From positions 1,542,699-1,606,698 of the forward strand of contig CM082581.2 of assembly GCA_040954595.2 (NCBI GenBank): a DNA stretch of 64,000 nucleotides, written 5' to 3'. Source of the stretch: Balanoglossus misakiensis. Taxonomy: Eukaryota > Animalia > Hemichordata. A program made the translations under genes and the position numbers. The notes below the pieces were generated by a model, which had not been told where the DNA came from, did no database searches, and saw only the letters and a program-made list of their open reading frames with translations. Below are positions 27,307 to 39,936 of this stretch, in pieces; the first letter of the stretch is position 1, and every line of letters begins with the position of its first letter.

Positions 27307-29845
27307 AGTTTGGATTGACCACTGTGTTACCACTAAAATTTTTTATAGCAATGTTCTTTCAATTTCGAGTCTTTGCAATGTTGTTGACTCCGACCATATT
27401 CCTGTTTCAATAGAGGTTCATTTCAACACTTCTGCTGATGAATGCTTCAGCAGTAGTTCCTTCAAGCAATGTAATTTTCGAGTTGATTGGAAAAAATTGT
27501 CACAGCAGAATATATCCGCCTACACCCGTTGTACCAAAGCCAAGGTTGATAAGATTAATATATCCGAAGAGTTATTCTGCACTAATGTGAACTGTACATA
27601 CCCTTCGCATTTACAGGCAATTGATATTTGTTATAGTAGTGTTGTGGACGCATTGAATTGTGCTGCAAAAGATACCATTAGGCGTAAGTTTCACCAGAAA
27701 GTTCATGTTGTGCCTGGCTGGAACGATTTTGTAAAAGAAAGTCACGACTATGCCCGTTCCATGTTTTTATTATGGGTTAATGGGGGTAAACCTTAACAAG
27801 GCCCGCTTTTTGAAACCATGAAATCTTCCAGAGCTCGTTTTAAGTATGCTTTACGTGCTTGTAAAGAGATTGAGAATCAAAATAGGGCTGACAAGATGGC
27901 TGACAATTTACGCTGCCACAAACAGAACGACTTCTGGAAGGAAGTCAGAAAGCAAACTAGCAGAAAAATGCCGCTTTCTGACACTGTAGGTGGAGCGACT
28001 GGTGAGAGTGAAATTGCAATTATGTGGCAAGAGCATTTCAGTGATATTTTGAATTCTGTCCAGGCTTAGACTGGTAAAAATGACATCGAGGAGAAAATGA
28101 AGTATGTTAAATTTTCTTCTGATATGTATGTTTCTGAAGAAGAAGTAATTTCTGCTATACATAAGTTACCTGACGATAAGACAGCTGGCATTGACAATAT
28201 TTCAGCTGAGCACCTCAAATTCTCAGACTCCTCTATTTTACCCATTTTGACTTGATTGTTCATGGTTACCTGCAAACTGAGGCTATCAAAGTTATTTTAG
28301 TTCCAATTAAGGATAAAACTAAGCTTTGTAGTGATGCCAGTAACTACCGGCCGATAGCACTAGCAACTGTTTTCTCTAAAGTTTTTGAGCCTATTTTACT
28401 TTCTCGTTGTGAGGAGTTTCTTACCTCTCATTATTTACAATTTGGTTTCAAGCGAGAACATTCAACTGACCTGTGTTTATTTGCATTTAAAGAAATCATT
28501 AGCTACTACACCAGCAATGGAAGACCAGTGTTTACTTGTTTTCTGGATGCTTCAAAAGCTTTTGACAGAGTTAATCACTTTAAACTGGTTAACAAGCTCA
28601 TCGACAGGAATGTTCCCTTGTATGCTGTACGAATTTTATATTAAAGGTCCCATGCCATGCCCTATACAACCACGCGTAAAATCACTATTTGGGTCTTGAA
28701 GTTAACGTATGTTACTATCTTGCAATGCGTTTTGCCCCTTGTGCTTAGATAACAAGCAAGTAAAAGTGGCGGGTGGGCGTGTACCCCTAACCCAACTCAG
28801 TCGATTTTTTTGGCTTTTCGAAGTTAAGCCGAAGACTTATCTTGATGTGGACAAATAGTCTTTCACACCTTTGTAAATCCTCTGCCTGCAATGTGAGGCA
28901 AGGGCTTCCTTTGCTTTGAACACTGTTTATATAGCTTATCTTTGTCTGTGGACTTAATTACTCATGGACCGATAATTACACTTTACTGTAAACAGAATGG
29001 TACACTACGACATAGTGTACTTGTTTGTCCATATGCAAATACCTTCGCCTGGCTCGAGTGCGAAGTGGCTCCCCGATCACAGGCATGAAAAAAAGGTGGC
29101 AAATTCCGGCATTCGTGCACATTTTTCGGAACCGACACAATAGGCAATGCATAGACAGGTACCCTAGGTGAGCTTTTGACGTGGAAAAATGAAAACTTTC
29201 CAAAGCATGACATGTGACCTTTAATGGTACAGAAATCAATTGTTTACTGTGTTGTGGGGTAATGAAACCTCAGAGTTGTTTTCTGTTTCTAACGGTGTAA
29301 GACAAGGGGGAGTACTCTCTCCCTATCTTTTTAATGTCTACATTGATGATCTTATCAATGCACTCTGTAAAGCCAAAGTTGGCTGTACCATGTGTGGTGT
29401 CAGCGCTAACACTTTAGGTTACGCTGACGACATGACTCTACTCAGTCCAAGTATTAAGGGTCTACACCGTCTTCTTAGAATTTGTGAAATTTATGGCAAG
29501 GATTATGATATAATTTATAATTCTAGTAAAACTGTGTGCATGCTTTTTAATGGGAAGAATATGAGCGTTCAAAGAATTCTTTCGGTTAAACTTAATGACA
29601 TCACTTTAAAGTTTGTACCTGTACACACCTATCTGGGCCATGTTATATCTTGTGAGGGTTGTGATAATGAAGATATTGAACGACAGAGAAGAGCATTTTG
29701 TGTTAGAGCAAACATGCTATTGAGACATTTTCAACATTTTAGTCAAGATGTGAAGAAAGTTTTATTTTTGGCATATTGTAGTAATATTTACTGTTGCAGT
29801 TTGTGGGCATCCTTTAAAGTAAAACCGATGAAAAAATTTAAAACA
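27307..29845 (+). pseudogene. Non-LTR retrotransposon ORF2 remnant (APE endonuclease C-terminus plus reverse transcriptase; RTE-X-like, clade tentative)
   Basis: WIDH (27311) and SDHIP (~27389) endonuclease motifs; NYRPIAL, QFGFK, FLDASKAFDRV, GVRQGGVLSP and YADD RT motifs in ORFs 27497-29899. Multiple stops and frameshifts; split by the insertion at 28641-29224. Confidence 0.93.
28641..29224. mobile_element. Kolobok-type MITE (576 bp plus TTAA TSD) inserted in the LINE RT domain
   Basis: ttaa|aggtcccatgccatgc ... gcatgacatgtgacct|ttaa (16-bp TIR, 2 mismatches). Removing it rejoins the RT reading frame. Confidence 0.9.
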
Positions 29846-30545
29846 GTGGACTTTGACCCTAAGTCGCTAATGTTGTGGGAGGTTTCATTAGCATTGTAGT
29901 CACATGTAGTGGATAGTAGTTTGGGAAATTGGCTGAAATACGTCAGCAGACCAGTGATTTTCTTGCACGACAGGAGTATGGTACCAGCAATAATCAGAGA
30001 TCAGGCTTCGTTGCCGTTCAAAAGTTCCTACTTCAGTCGTGATGTTGCAACTGGACGTTCAGTATGGGGGTCGGCCCGCAGGTGGCCGTGTGGGTTATCA
30101 GGTCGCCCGTAACGGCACGCAGCTACATGCAGCTGTATGGGACTAAAATAATACACCCGATTCGGGTGTCACCTGTGACACCTGCATAACTCAATAATTA
30201 TGTGCATGCGTAATTGTGGGGTCAATGAAAGGGGTGGTAGCGTGCTATTTGTTGCACATGGATCAATATGAAGTCCGATTTTCCCGTCAAGTTGTGGGCG
30301 ACCTTATGTGACCTTTCACCTACTTTTGCTTAGTGAGCATCCACAGCAGATGCATGCAGCTTTGGCTTGGGAGGGGGGGGGGCATATACGGATGGGACCA
30401 TAATGATATACCAAAGGCGGGGTCGTCTGTTGCACCTGCCTAAGTCATTGATTTTGTACATTTAATTAGACACTAACCAACAGGGCGATAGGTGTGGTTT
30501 TTGTTCCACAGGGACGAATGTAAGTGTCAGTTGGTTTTTGCCCAA

Positions 30546-31404
30546 ATGTCCATTGAGGCCTGTATCCGTGATCTTAAGGACTGGATGACCCAAAACAAGC
30601 TTCAACTCAACGACTCCAAAAACTGAGATTCTACTTATTCGTTCACAATTTCATCACTCTGCTGATGCTATTGACAAGATTACCATTGGTTCAAGCTCTG
30701 TTCCCGTCGTTAAATCAGCTCGCAATATTGGTGTAATATTTGACAATACGCACATGTATAAAGATCACATCAAGAAAACTTGTCAATCAATATATTACCA
30801 CTTTCGCCGTGTCGGACAAATCAGGAAATTTCTTAACAAAGCAACATGTCAAACAGTGATTCATGCTATTTTGGCAGCGAAACTCGACTATGGTAATGCA
30901 TTACTGTATGGTATACCAGAACGCAGTCTGAACCTTCTACAACGCACACAAAATACAGCTGCAAGAATCATAACTCGGTCCAGGAAGTCTGCCCATATAA
31001 CGCCAGTTCTTCAACTTCTTCATTGGTTACCAGTTCGCCACAGGATAGAGTATAAAATAAATCTGCTCACATACAAAGCCTTAAATAATCTCGCTCCGAA
31101 CTATATCCGCGATCTCATTCGGACATATTCTCCTGGTCGCAGGCTTCGTTCAGCTAATAAGAGCCTTTTATGCACTACAATGTACAAACGTTCTTCATAC
31201 GGTGGCCGAGCATTCTCTCATGCTGCAACGAAACTGTGGAACATTCGTCAAGCTCCAAGTTTGAGTATCTTTAAGAAAAGACTGAAGACGCATTATTTCG
31301 CAAGAGCATATGGTGTGGGCCAATGAGCACAAGCGCCTTTGAGTATGACACTTGTTATAGATACTGGCGCTATACAAATTTCTCTGATTGATTGATTGAT
31401 TGAT
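30546..31404 (+). pseudogene. 5'-truncated L2-clade LINE (ORF2 C-terminus plus 3' tail)
   Basis: WMTQNKLQLNDSK/TEILL (frameshifted), then KLDYGNALLYG, HITPVLQLLHWLPV, RRLRS, GGRAFS and FKKRLKTHYF in ORF 30754-31326. 3' end aagcgc...ggcgctatacaaat followed by (gatt)n. Confidence 0.92.
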
Positions 31405-32213
31405 GTATAAGGTGATTTGGATGACCTCTGTCATAGAGTGCCATATCTCATCCCGTTGTACAGGTGCAGCTTTGGTATTTGGAGGGATGAAACTATCATG
31501 AAATGCCAAATACAGGGGGATACCTTTGACACCTGCTTGATTCATGTATTACGTGCATACCTAATGTTAGGCAAAGTGAAAGGGCTGCAAATGTAGGATT
31601 TGTTGCACAAGACATAAACAGGAATGAAATTTTTCTGTCAAATTTTTGAATGACCTCAGGTGTCCATTGACCTGCTTTCCATATGTTAGCATGCACATCA
31701 TATATAGCCACGTGTTTGGAGGGGTAGGGTAGGACCGTCATGAAATGCTAAATTCCTAGGGCCACCTGTAACTTACTTGCGTAACTCATTATTATGGCCA
31801 TACCTAATTTTAAAAACCCAAAGGGCGAGAATTTTCCGTTGTCTTGAATATGAACCAAATAGGAATCCAAATTTTTGGCCCAATTTTTGGGTACCCTCAG
31901 CTGACCTTTGAAGTACTTAACTGAAGTCCTTACATAACGTAGAAGTTCACTTGTGGTTGTTGTGTTTGTACTTGTAGGACATCCATTTCGGGTGGTTGCC
32001 TACTTCCCCATATCTCCACATCCAGAGCAAATACAGCCTACGCAATTGAATGGTACAACCCTGAATGGAGTCTAATGGTTATTATCTCTATGCTTGGGCC
32101 CCTTCAATGCTGCTTGGAGCTTTAATTATTACTATTATTATTGTCACGATATAAAGACACCAACTAAAAACTTACAAAATCACAATGTCTTCACAACTCA
32201 AAATTTCACTCAC

Positions 32214-33310
32214 TTCTTTTAGTTTGGTAGCCACCCCTCCTTTCTGTCCTAGCATAACAGGAGCACCATCACTGCCCAAAGCAGACAGACGATCTCTTAA
32301 GACAATACCATTCTCTGAAGAAAACTCTTTCACTGACTGTGCAATGGTGTCTGCTCTGCCATCACCAACCTAAAACAGTGAAAATAAAACCTTGATGTTA
32401 ACACATGCAATGTACAACTCAATGTTTGTCTCACCTGAAATAACTAGTCAGCAAAATCAATTAAATGAGGTCACTCAAAAACATGTTTAATCGTATGTTT
32501 TTAATTCAGTGTAGACTTAAAAATTGAAAAACTTTCCACTTACTTCTTTAACTCCAAGGAAAGACACAACTGACTTCCCAGACTTCAAGGTGTACTTGGA
32601 ATAGATGATTAATTGCTTCAATACAGCCACATCAGTTGTTTTCATCTATTAACAGTGAATAGAAGTTACTTCCTTTCATCTTCTCTAAAATCTCATCACG
32701 GATGACTTTGCCTGAAAAATGAAATAAATGAAAATTACTCTTCAGATTAAACTTATCAAAATTCACAGTAATTTGTACAGTAATTATTCTTTATTGAGTG
32801 TAACACTATTGCTTAAACAGTGATCCTTTCTTGAAAACAACCAGGTTTAAATAAATGTTACTACATTGCCTACAATTTAGATCTGCACAAAAATCAGTAG
32901 ACCTACTTACCAATGCAATAAACCATTATAGTTGTGGTCATCACTGCTGAGAGTACCAAGGAATGAACACCCGAGGGACTTTGCCAATTCCAAAACATGG
33001 ATGAAGTTGGTGGTGTGCGGCAATTCTCTGTGCATGAGAAAATACATGCATCGTAGGACGCCGATGCATGAAGGCTTGCGTCTCAAAGGGGATGACCTTG
33101 TCAAATGCAGCCACAAGACCGCTGCTGTTCTCGATAACTGCTGCCTCGGCGTCAAGCTGCATTGCCGCCCGGTCGATAATCGTCTCTTCATGCTGCTTGA
33201 GTTTGTCTTCGCGAAGGGTGGTACATGTACATGGAGATGTTGTAACCCAAGTCCCTCCGCACTTGGCCTTCTGCTTGTGTTTTGTACAAAGGCGACAAAA
33301 CATCCCTAAA
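32214..33310 (-). pseudogene. Intron-containing hAT transposase remnant (ZNF862/DUF4371-like)
   Basis: Exon ~33310-32911: MFCRLCTKH zinc-finger part and LRCMYFLMHRELPHTTNF. Exon 32711-32544: FYSLLIDE/TTDVAVLKQL. Exon 32369-32214: GSDGAPVMLGQKGGVATKLKE. GT-AG introns (gtaagt...ttttcag; gtaagt...ttttag). Frameshifts present and C-terminus missing. Confidence 0.88.
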
Positions 33311-34390
33311 CTGAATAAATATCATTCTCTCAAATGCCAGCCGCATGCGGGAGCGTGCACCAGAAACAATAAATATTTACCAAGGCGGGAATGAAAAGAA
33401 AGCAGGGCGGCGCGTAAGATAGCAGGGTGGCAAAAAATAAAGGAGGGCGGGCCTGCCCAGCTACCCCCCCCCCCCCCCAAAGTATTAACGCTCTGTGTTT
33501 ACCATAGACTAATAGTGTCTCAAATTTTACCCTGTGTGAACCTGGTAAGAGACGTGTCTCAAATCTGAGAAGATTCAGGACCACTTAAACCATTCACCAA
33601 TAATAATTTATGCCAGTATTTGATCTGAGACGTTTTAGCAATTTCTTGTGTGACCCCCATATCAGTTGAAGCTGACAAATCCAGTATTTTGAATTTTTAC
33701 ATGGATTTTGTATACAGTGTGAATTGTAATTAAAGCTCCATTACCTTTACCTTTTTCCTATGTTTTCAGTATCTTTGTTTAGCAGTTTCTTGTGCAAATT
33801 CCCGAAACATGATGAAACATATATGTGTATGGTCAGCATTGTTATTGTGCCAAATTGGAATTTAAGTCCAGACTAGAATCCATGAATTATTGTCAACAAT
33901 GACAATGGCCATTATACACATACATTCTGTGCTGACAAGTAACAATCTGTGTGGAGTAGAACATGAAATCGCATTTGCTACATAGAACAAAAATACTGGA
34001 AATAAAGCCAAAAGATACAACGAATGTATATTTAACTTTAACTGCATTCTCATTCTCATCTGTATATATTTTACTGAGATTGTTTCATCAGGGTTTATCA
34101 GTATTCTAAACCAGCTTATGTGTGCATACAATCTGATTAAAATCAGATGTAGGGTACGGCGACGTCTTTTACTTCGCAGTACGGTATTCTTATACTGTCG
34201 CCTCACACTACATCTGACCAACTCCCATAGAAGCTCCCGTTGAAAACTCTAGTAAACCAATCAGACGGTGCCTTATAGAGAACTTTAGGTATCCTTCAGT
34301 TTTGATTGACATAACGTGCAATCTGATTGGCTTGGCCGCAACGGGACGTTGAACAAGCTTCTATATCTGATTCATATAATACTGAAAGGG

Positions 34391-35341
34391 TTAAGAATGG
34401 CACACACTACATGTATGAGCTCATGGAATGTGTTTCTTCCCATAGGATAACATTAAGAATTGATAGAAAACCCTTTTCTACTATTGTAATTTTAAGAAGT
34501 TTCACTCATAACTCATCCAAATGAAATTAAATTGAGTGATTCATATAAGTTGTAGGCTCACCACTGTGCTCAGTTTTGAGATAAACTTAAATGTGTCCAT
34601 GCCTATAGAAAAATAACATAGAAAGACCTATGGTGAAAAATGTTGACTTTAATTCAGGCTGCATTAGTGGAAAAATAATCATACTTTGTCTGGCATAGAA
34701 ACTCAGAATCTACAAAAAAGGCCTTTAAAACATGAATGGAAATGAAAATACTGCTACAATAAGAAATTCTTACCTTGAATAAAGTATTTATTGGTACCAC
34801 CACTTCCATAAAGAAACCACTTTGCTGGTGTAATGAGTTGTCAATCTGGGTTTGCTCATTGGCCTTGCTTTGAGTTCCAATTCATGATGATGGTGTATTA
34901 GGACACTGGACTTGAAACAGGTGTATGCTGGTATTATACACGTTGAAAGTATTGTCATTCTTTTAATTGTGGATTTTTGGATTATGCTGTGTATGTATAA
35001 TGAGAATCCGTTAAAAATTGTAGGGGTCATTGCCCTTTTTAAAAAAAAATACAGAGCCATGAATTTAGTTGATAATAGAAGAAATTTGCTGTCTCAGCAT
35101 TTTTCACCAATGGTTTGTCTATGGGCGAAGATTTTAACGCAATTTATCTCATAATAGAGCTTGGTGACCACATAATTTTTTTTGACCAATGAATTTACGT
35201 TTACTTGACTGAGCTATGTGTAAAATTTCGTGAAAAAGACAATAGTAGAAGTTTGTTTTCTGGCAATTATCGATGTAATCCTTTCAGGAACAGACACACA
35301 TGCACTGTTTATCAGTTTATGTTGTGCGTGTACATCCTTAA
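34391..35341. mobile_element. ~950-bp non-autonomous TTAA-type DNA transposon (family B) with long imperfect TIRs
   Basis: ttaa|gaatggcacac ... gtgtacatcc|ttaa. Inverted arms include ttctactattgt/acaatagtagaa, gagataaa/tttatctc and ggtgaaaaatg/catttttcacc. Confidence 0.7.
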
Positions 35342-36074
35342 ATGGTATTTGCCTCTCATGCCTTCCAAATTGTGATTCTGTTCTAGTGTTTTTGTTAAGG
35401 GCGGTACCTAGATAAAATCTACCGGAGTACCCCAGTCACTCCGAATTAAAACAACAGAACAAGGCCAATGTCACAGTGGTCAGGCAGTCTACCAGAGTTC
35501 CCCAGTCATTTTACCGGGGTTCCCCTGGGTGTATCAATGTGGTTATATTAGGAGGTTATAGGAATATTAACGGGGTTCCCAAATCCATTACCAGTGTTCC
35601 CCGACCTTTGCAAAAACACTGTGTTCTTTTTATCCTCCACAGGAAGAGACAAAGAAAAGCATAGCAACCTCTGCTGATACTGCCACAACAAGCACAAGCA
35701 CAAACACACCCCAGCCTGTAGCTTCTGCGAACCAACAACCCCCACCCTATCCAGCCGCAGCATACCAGCAACACTTCCAGCAGATGTCATACCCGAACCC
35801 ATTCGTGTCTCAGTACGCTGCGTTTGCAGGAGCCGGACAGCCGCCACGATATAACATCAATTATATTTGTTTTCTGAAAATGCCTATTGTTGACCAAAAG
35901 ATGGCTAAATGGCAATTTTGTACTGAGCGGGGTGTCTCAATAAGACCGTTGTGCTGGTATCAGCATATTTTTTGCACACACACACACACAAAAAACGAAT
36001 TTACATACATCACAAGGGCTCTGAATATAAAGGAATAAGTTTGTATTTATTTTTTCTAACAGTTACCTTTTTGA

Positions 36075-37315
36075 GCAAAGAGGCCAAAATGATATTTTTT
36101 TCCCTCAGTGGGGTCAGTAAGAGTGGGTTTTTTAGTACTTTTATTTATCATTTGATCACCAATGGGAAGAAAATGTTAAATTTTCGTATTTTCTAGAAAT
36201 GACACTTTTTGGGCAAAAACTTGCCAAAAAGGCACTTTTATCTTGAGTGGCATCAATAAAACTGCTTTTTTGGAAACTTTTCACATACAGTGGGCATATA
36301 ATTCATTATCAGATCTCCGAAAGTGAAGAAAATATATAAATTTTGAGTGTTTTCTGAAAATGACGTTTTGGGGTCAAAAAGTGGCAAAATGGCATTTTTT
36401 CTTGAGTAGGATCAATAAGACTGCTATTTCTGGAATCAGCACCATTTTTTACATAGGATGAACATTTCATATATCACATGATCTCTGAGCTTTATGAAGA
36501 AAAGTTTGTTTTTAATTTTTTTTCTAAAAATGGCCTTTTTGGGCAAAAACTTTCCAAAAGGGCATTTTTGCATTAGGTTGGGTCAATAAATCTGCTTTTT
36601 TCGAATAATCACCAGATTTTACATAGGGTGGGCATATAATACATTATCAGATCTCCGAAAGTGAAGAAAATATATAAATTTTGTGTGTTTTCTGAAAATG
36701 ACGTTTTGGGGCAAAAAGTGGCAAAAATGGCATTTTTTCTTGAGTAGGGTCAATAAGACTGCTATTTCTGGAATCAGCACCATTTTTTACATAGAATGGA
36801 CATTTCATATATCCAATGATCTCTGAATATGATAAACACAATTTATTTTTAGTTTTTTTGTAAAAATGACCTTTTTTGACCACAAAAAGTGGCCAAAAAT
36901 GGCATTTTTGTATTGATTGAGGTCAAAAAGACTGCTTTATTTTTTAAAGTCACCACTTTTAACATAGAATTGACTTTCCATATATCACCAGATCAATCAT
37001 TATGAAGAAAACCGTGTGTTTTATTTTTTTTCTAAAAATGACGTTTTTGGGGCAAAAATTGGTCAAAAAGGCAATTTTCTGTTGTTTTGGGTCAATCGAA
37101 CTACTTTTTTCGTAATATTCACCAAATTTTACATAGAATAAGCATATCATATGTTATCAGATCTCAGAATGTGACGAAAACAATGTGTTTTTAGTGTTTT
37201 CTAAAAAAGACCATTTTGGGGTTAAAAATGGCCAAAATGGCAATTTTGTCTTGAGTGGGGTTAATAAGACTGACTTTTTTGGAATGAGCACCATTTTTTA
37301 CATAGAATGGACTTC
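36075..37315. repeat. Diverged tandem repeat, ~169-bp unit, ~7 copies, dimeric pattern
   Basis: aaaatgac-like motifs recur near 36199, 36360, 36529, 36698, 36866, 37038 and 37208. Blocks at 36308 and 36647 (offset ~339) are nearly identical. Confidence 0.85.
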
Positions 37316-39635
37316 TCAAACCTTCCTTACCAAAAATTCTGATTAACGGCACCTATCTCATAGTGTAACCAGACTACAAGTGAAGAACCCCAGTAACAGA
37401 CGTAACGAACAAACAAACTACATGTACTAACAACAAAGCAAGAAAAGTGTCAAGCGTCGTCAAAGAAAACGAAATAGTTCTAGCATGGTTGGTAAAAGTT
37501 ATTGGTAGAAAACGAATAGGGCCTTCTACAAATGACGTCTCAGACCCGCAAACGCCACCAGAACACAAAACACATGCACAGAACAGTTTAAGCCGGTTGT
37601 TGTATGGAGCAGCAATAATCTGCGGTTGGGCCGTCGTAGATTTTCGCTGGTGGTGAAAATAAATAAAACACGATCGATGTTCGATTTATTCCAGATCACA
37701 TGCGTTTACGGCCAGAAGAGAGCATAAAAGTCTTCAAATGACCATGTGGTGGCGCACTTTTTCCGATTGGCTGTATTTCAATTTGTTCGTGGTAAATTAA
37801 TTTTGTGGAGGTGACCGGCACTGAAGCTCTTAGCTAGGATGAGGTGGGATGGAAAAATGCCCCATTTGACTCATTTTAGCTGTTTTAAAATATACGACTA
37901 TTTATAGACAAAAGGAAAATAAAACAAGCGCAAAAACATACCAAACCTAGTTTTATTAATTACAAAAAAAATTGCTGAGTAAAGGTTTTCATGTGGGCAT
38001 TCACTTTGAACTTGCTAAATTAATTTAAAGAGACAAAGTCGCTCTCTCTTTGTCCTTTTGCGATGATGGAATGCTTGCTTGAAGTCTCTCGTGCAATAAA
38101 TGATGTCGATTCATACATGTATGGATGGTGTATAGGTGGTCGGAATTTACATGTCTTTGCCACGTCCAAACCAAAAACACATAAAATCAAACTTTGGGTC
38201 ATGAAATCGAGTTTTGTTACAGTCTAGAATTTCATGCCACCCCTTTTGGTCATATTATTCTTGGTAGGCAAAAGTGACAAGTAGTCAAGTTTCAACACAG
38301 GCAACATTTTTACAAACAAACCACAAAGAAGACATCAAAAGGGAGAGAATTATAGAATGGTCAATGTGTGAATAGTTAAGATACGTAAAGTGGCCGGGTT
38401 CAACATAACATTAACTCATCGACTTCATATCGTCTTCATGCCATGGTTTTGCCTGCCCTGAAAGTTCTTGTCGTTGCAGAAGTGGTTTTGACAGAAAGAA
38501 TTTAGTCTTCCGGGATGTTTGTGATTATTTGAACACCAGACAATACAATGCAACCTTGACTTCCAAAATACTTACCGGCATTGCATTATCTTACCATGGT
38601 TAGGCCTACAGAGAACAAATTTTCAACAATATTTTCTGAGTTACCGCTGATATTTGTTTTGTAGTATGGATATTAAATTATACATCCCGATACAAAACAG
38701 AATGTTATAGAATCCTTCCTGAGTGATATTGAAAAAAATACCGGAATGCTATAGCCTAATCTATGGTTAGGGTTTTTGCTATTATTTTATATCAGTAATC
38801 GACTTTGTGTATATCAATGTCATTTTCATAACGAAAATGAACTCGAGTCTAATGTAAACGTTACGAATTGATCGAAAGGCGCTCTGATGAATGTTAACAC
38901 GAGTGCGCAATGACAAGACATGCATCGTGCATGACAGTGACAACAGTTCCAATAGAGCAGTTAAAAAATAAACCGGCCGTCCGTAAATTTATCAGCTATA
39001 TTTTTTTTTATTTAGTCACGTTTTCCCTGTTGCATGCTATTAGTTCAGGGGCCAGTTTTAGCAGTGCTCTATTGAGTACTTTCGTATCGATGGATTGATC
39101 TCTCGTCCAATCAGAATGGCGGATGGTAGCATGATCCGACATATTGCGTATTACAATAGGGCTTCCTCATACAGGTCAGAACAGAGAGGTCATTCCTTTT
39201 ATTTTAGGACGTCTCAGCTCCTTTGTCTTTTCTGTTATTTTTTGACAAATGCGGATTGACGTTCCATTTCCAATTGGCGATAATTATATTTATTTGTATT
39301 TTATTGCATAAGCGCTTGCTAGTCGTTTTTTAGCAATTTTTTTTGTAGTACAAAAACACTGAAGAAAACGAAATATTTTATTCATTCGCACTTCCAAAGA
39401 ACACCGTGACATAATTCCTCAATTTGCATTTCAGTGTGTGTGTCTGGTGTGTCTGCATTGACGTGAGGCGCATTCTCCACCCGCACACATACGTTGCATT
39501 GCATTCTTTGACTAATTAGTGTTACGTCATGTTGAAGCAGGATTCTGATTGAGTAGTAAGTAAGTTGCATAATTGACGCACAGCTGGTGCCTCGTTCTCG
39601 TACCGCTGACCATTGCATTTGAAAAATCATTGCAG

Positions 39636-39698
39636 CTTTGACGTTCATCAAGCATGGAGGTCCCGGTCGCCTCCATGCTTGATGATGTCGTTTCTCTG
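39636..39698 (+). other. Putative small exon containing a perfect 15-bp hairpin
   Basis: ctgac branch-like site, tgcag| acceptor and ctg|gtaagc donor. catcaagcatggagg (39646-39660) pairs with cctccatgcttgatg (39670-39684). Confidence 0.4.
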
Positions 39699-39936
39699 GT
39701 AAGCATGGCATTTAATGTTATTTTACAAGTACATGTACACTCCTTCTAGCAAAAACTGGTCGTGGTAGGGCGAGAGGGTCCTCCCAACATCGAAATTCTG
39801 ACTTTGGGAAGCGTTACAGCACCAAACAGTAAACTCACAGTCGCATGGAATTTGTGCGTTATATTACACCGTGCGAGTAAATTGTACGTCGTTCGTTGGC
39901 TCGAGTCAGCTTTGTTATTGTGGAGCAGGTGGTACC

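Larger units (their letters stand above)
26707..32130 (+). mobile_element. Non-autonomous Helentron/HINE (DINE-1-like) element hosting nested retroelements
   Basis: 5' ttta-ggggaccaag...cttggtcccct hairpin followed by a CTT-rich tract. 3' subterminal copy cttgggcccct (32093-32103), short hairpin gctgcttggagc and (tta)n. Diverged internal core repeats (27113-27240 vs 29848-29970; recurring cacctgc motifs). Confidence 0.65.

Noticed and set aside
27113-29970. Direct repeats around the RT as LTRs
   Set aside because: The repeats are diverged, lack TG...CA ends and do not abut the RT on the left. The RT carries APE-type non-LTR motifs, so the repeats are better explained as host-element core repeats.
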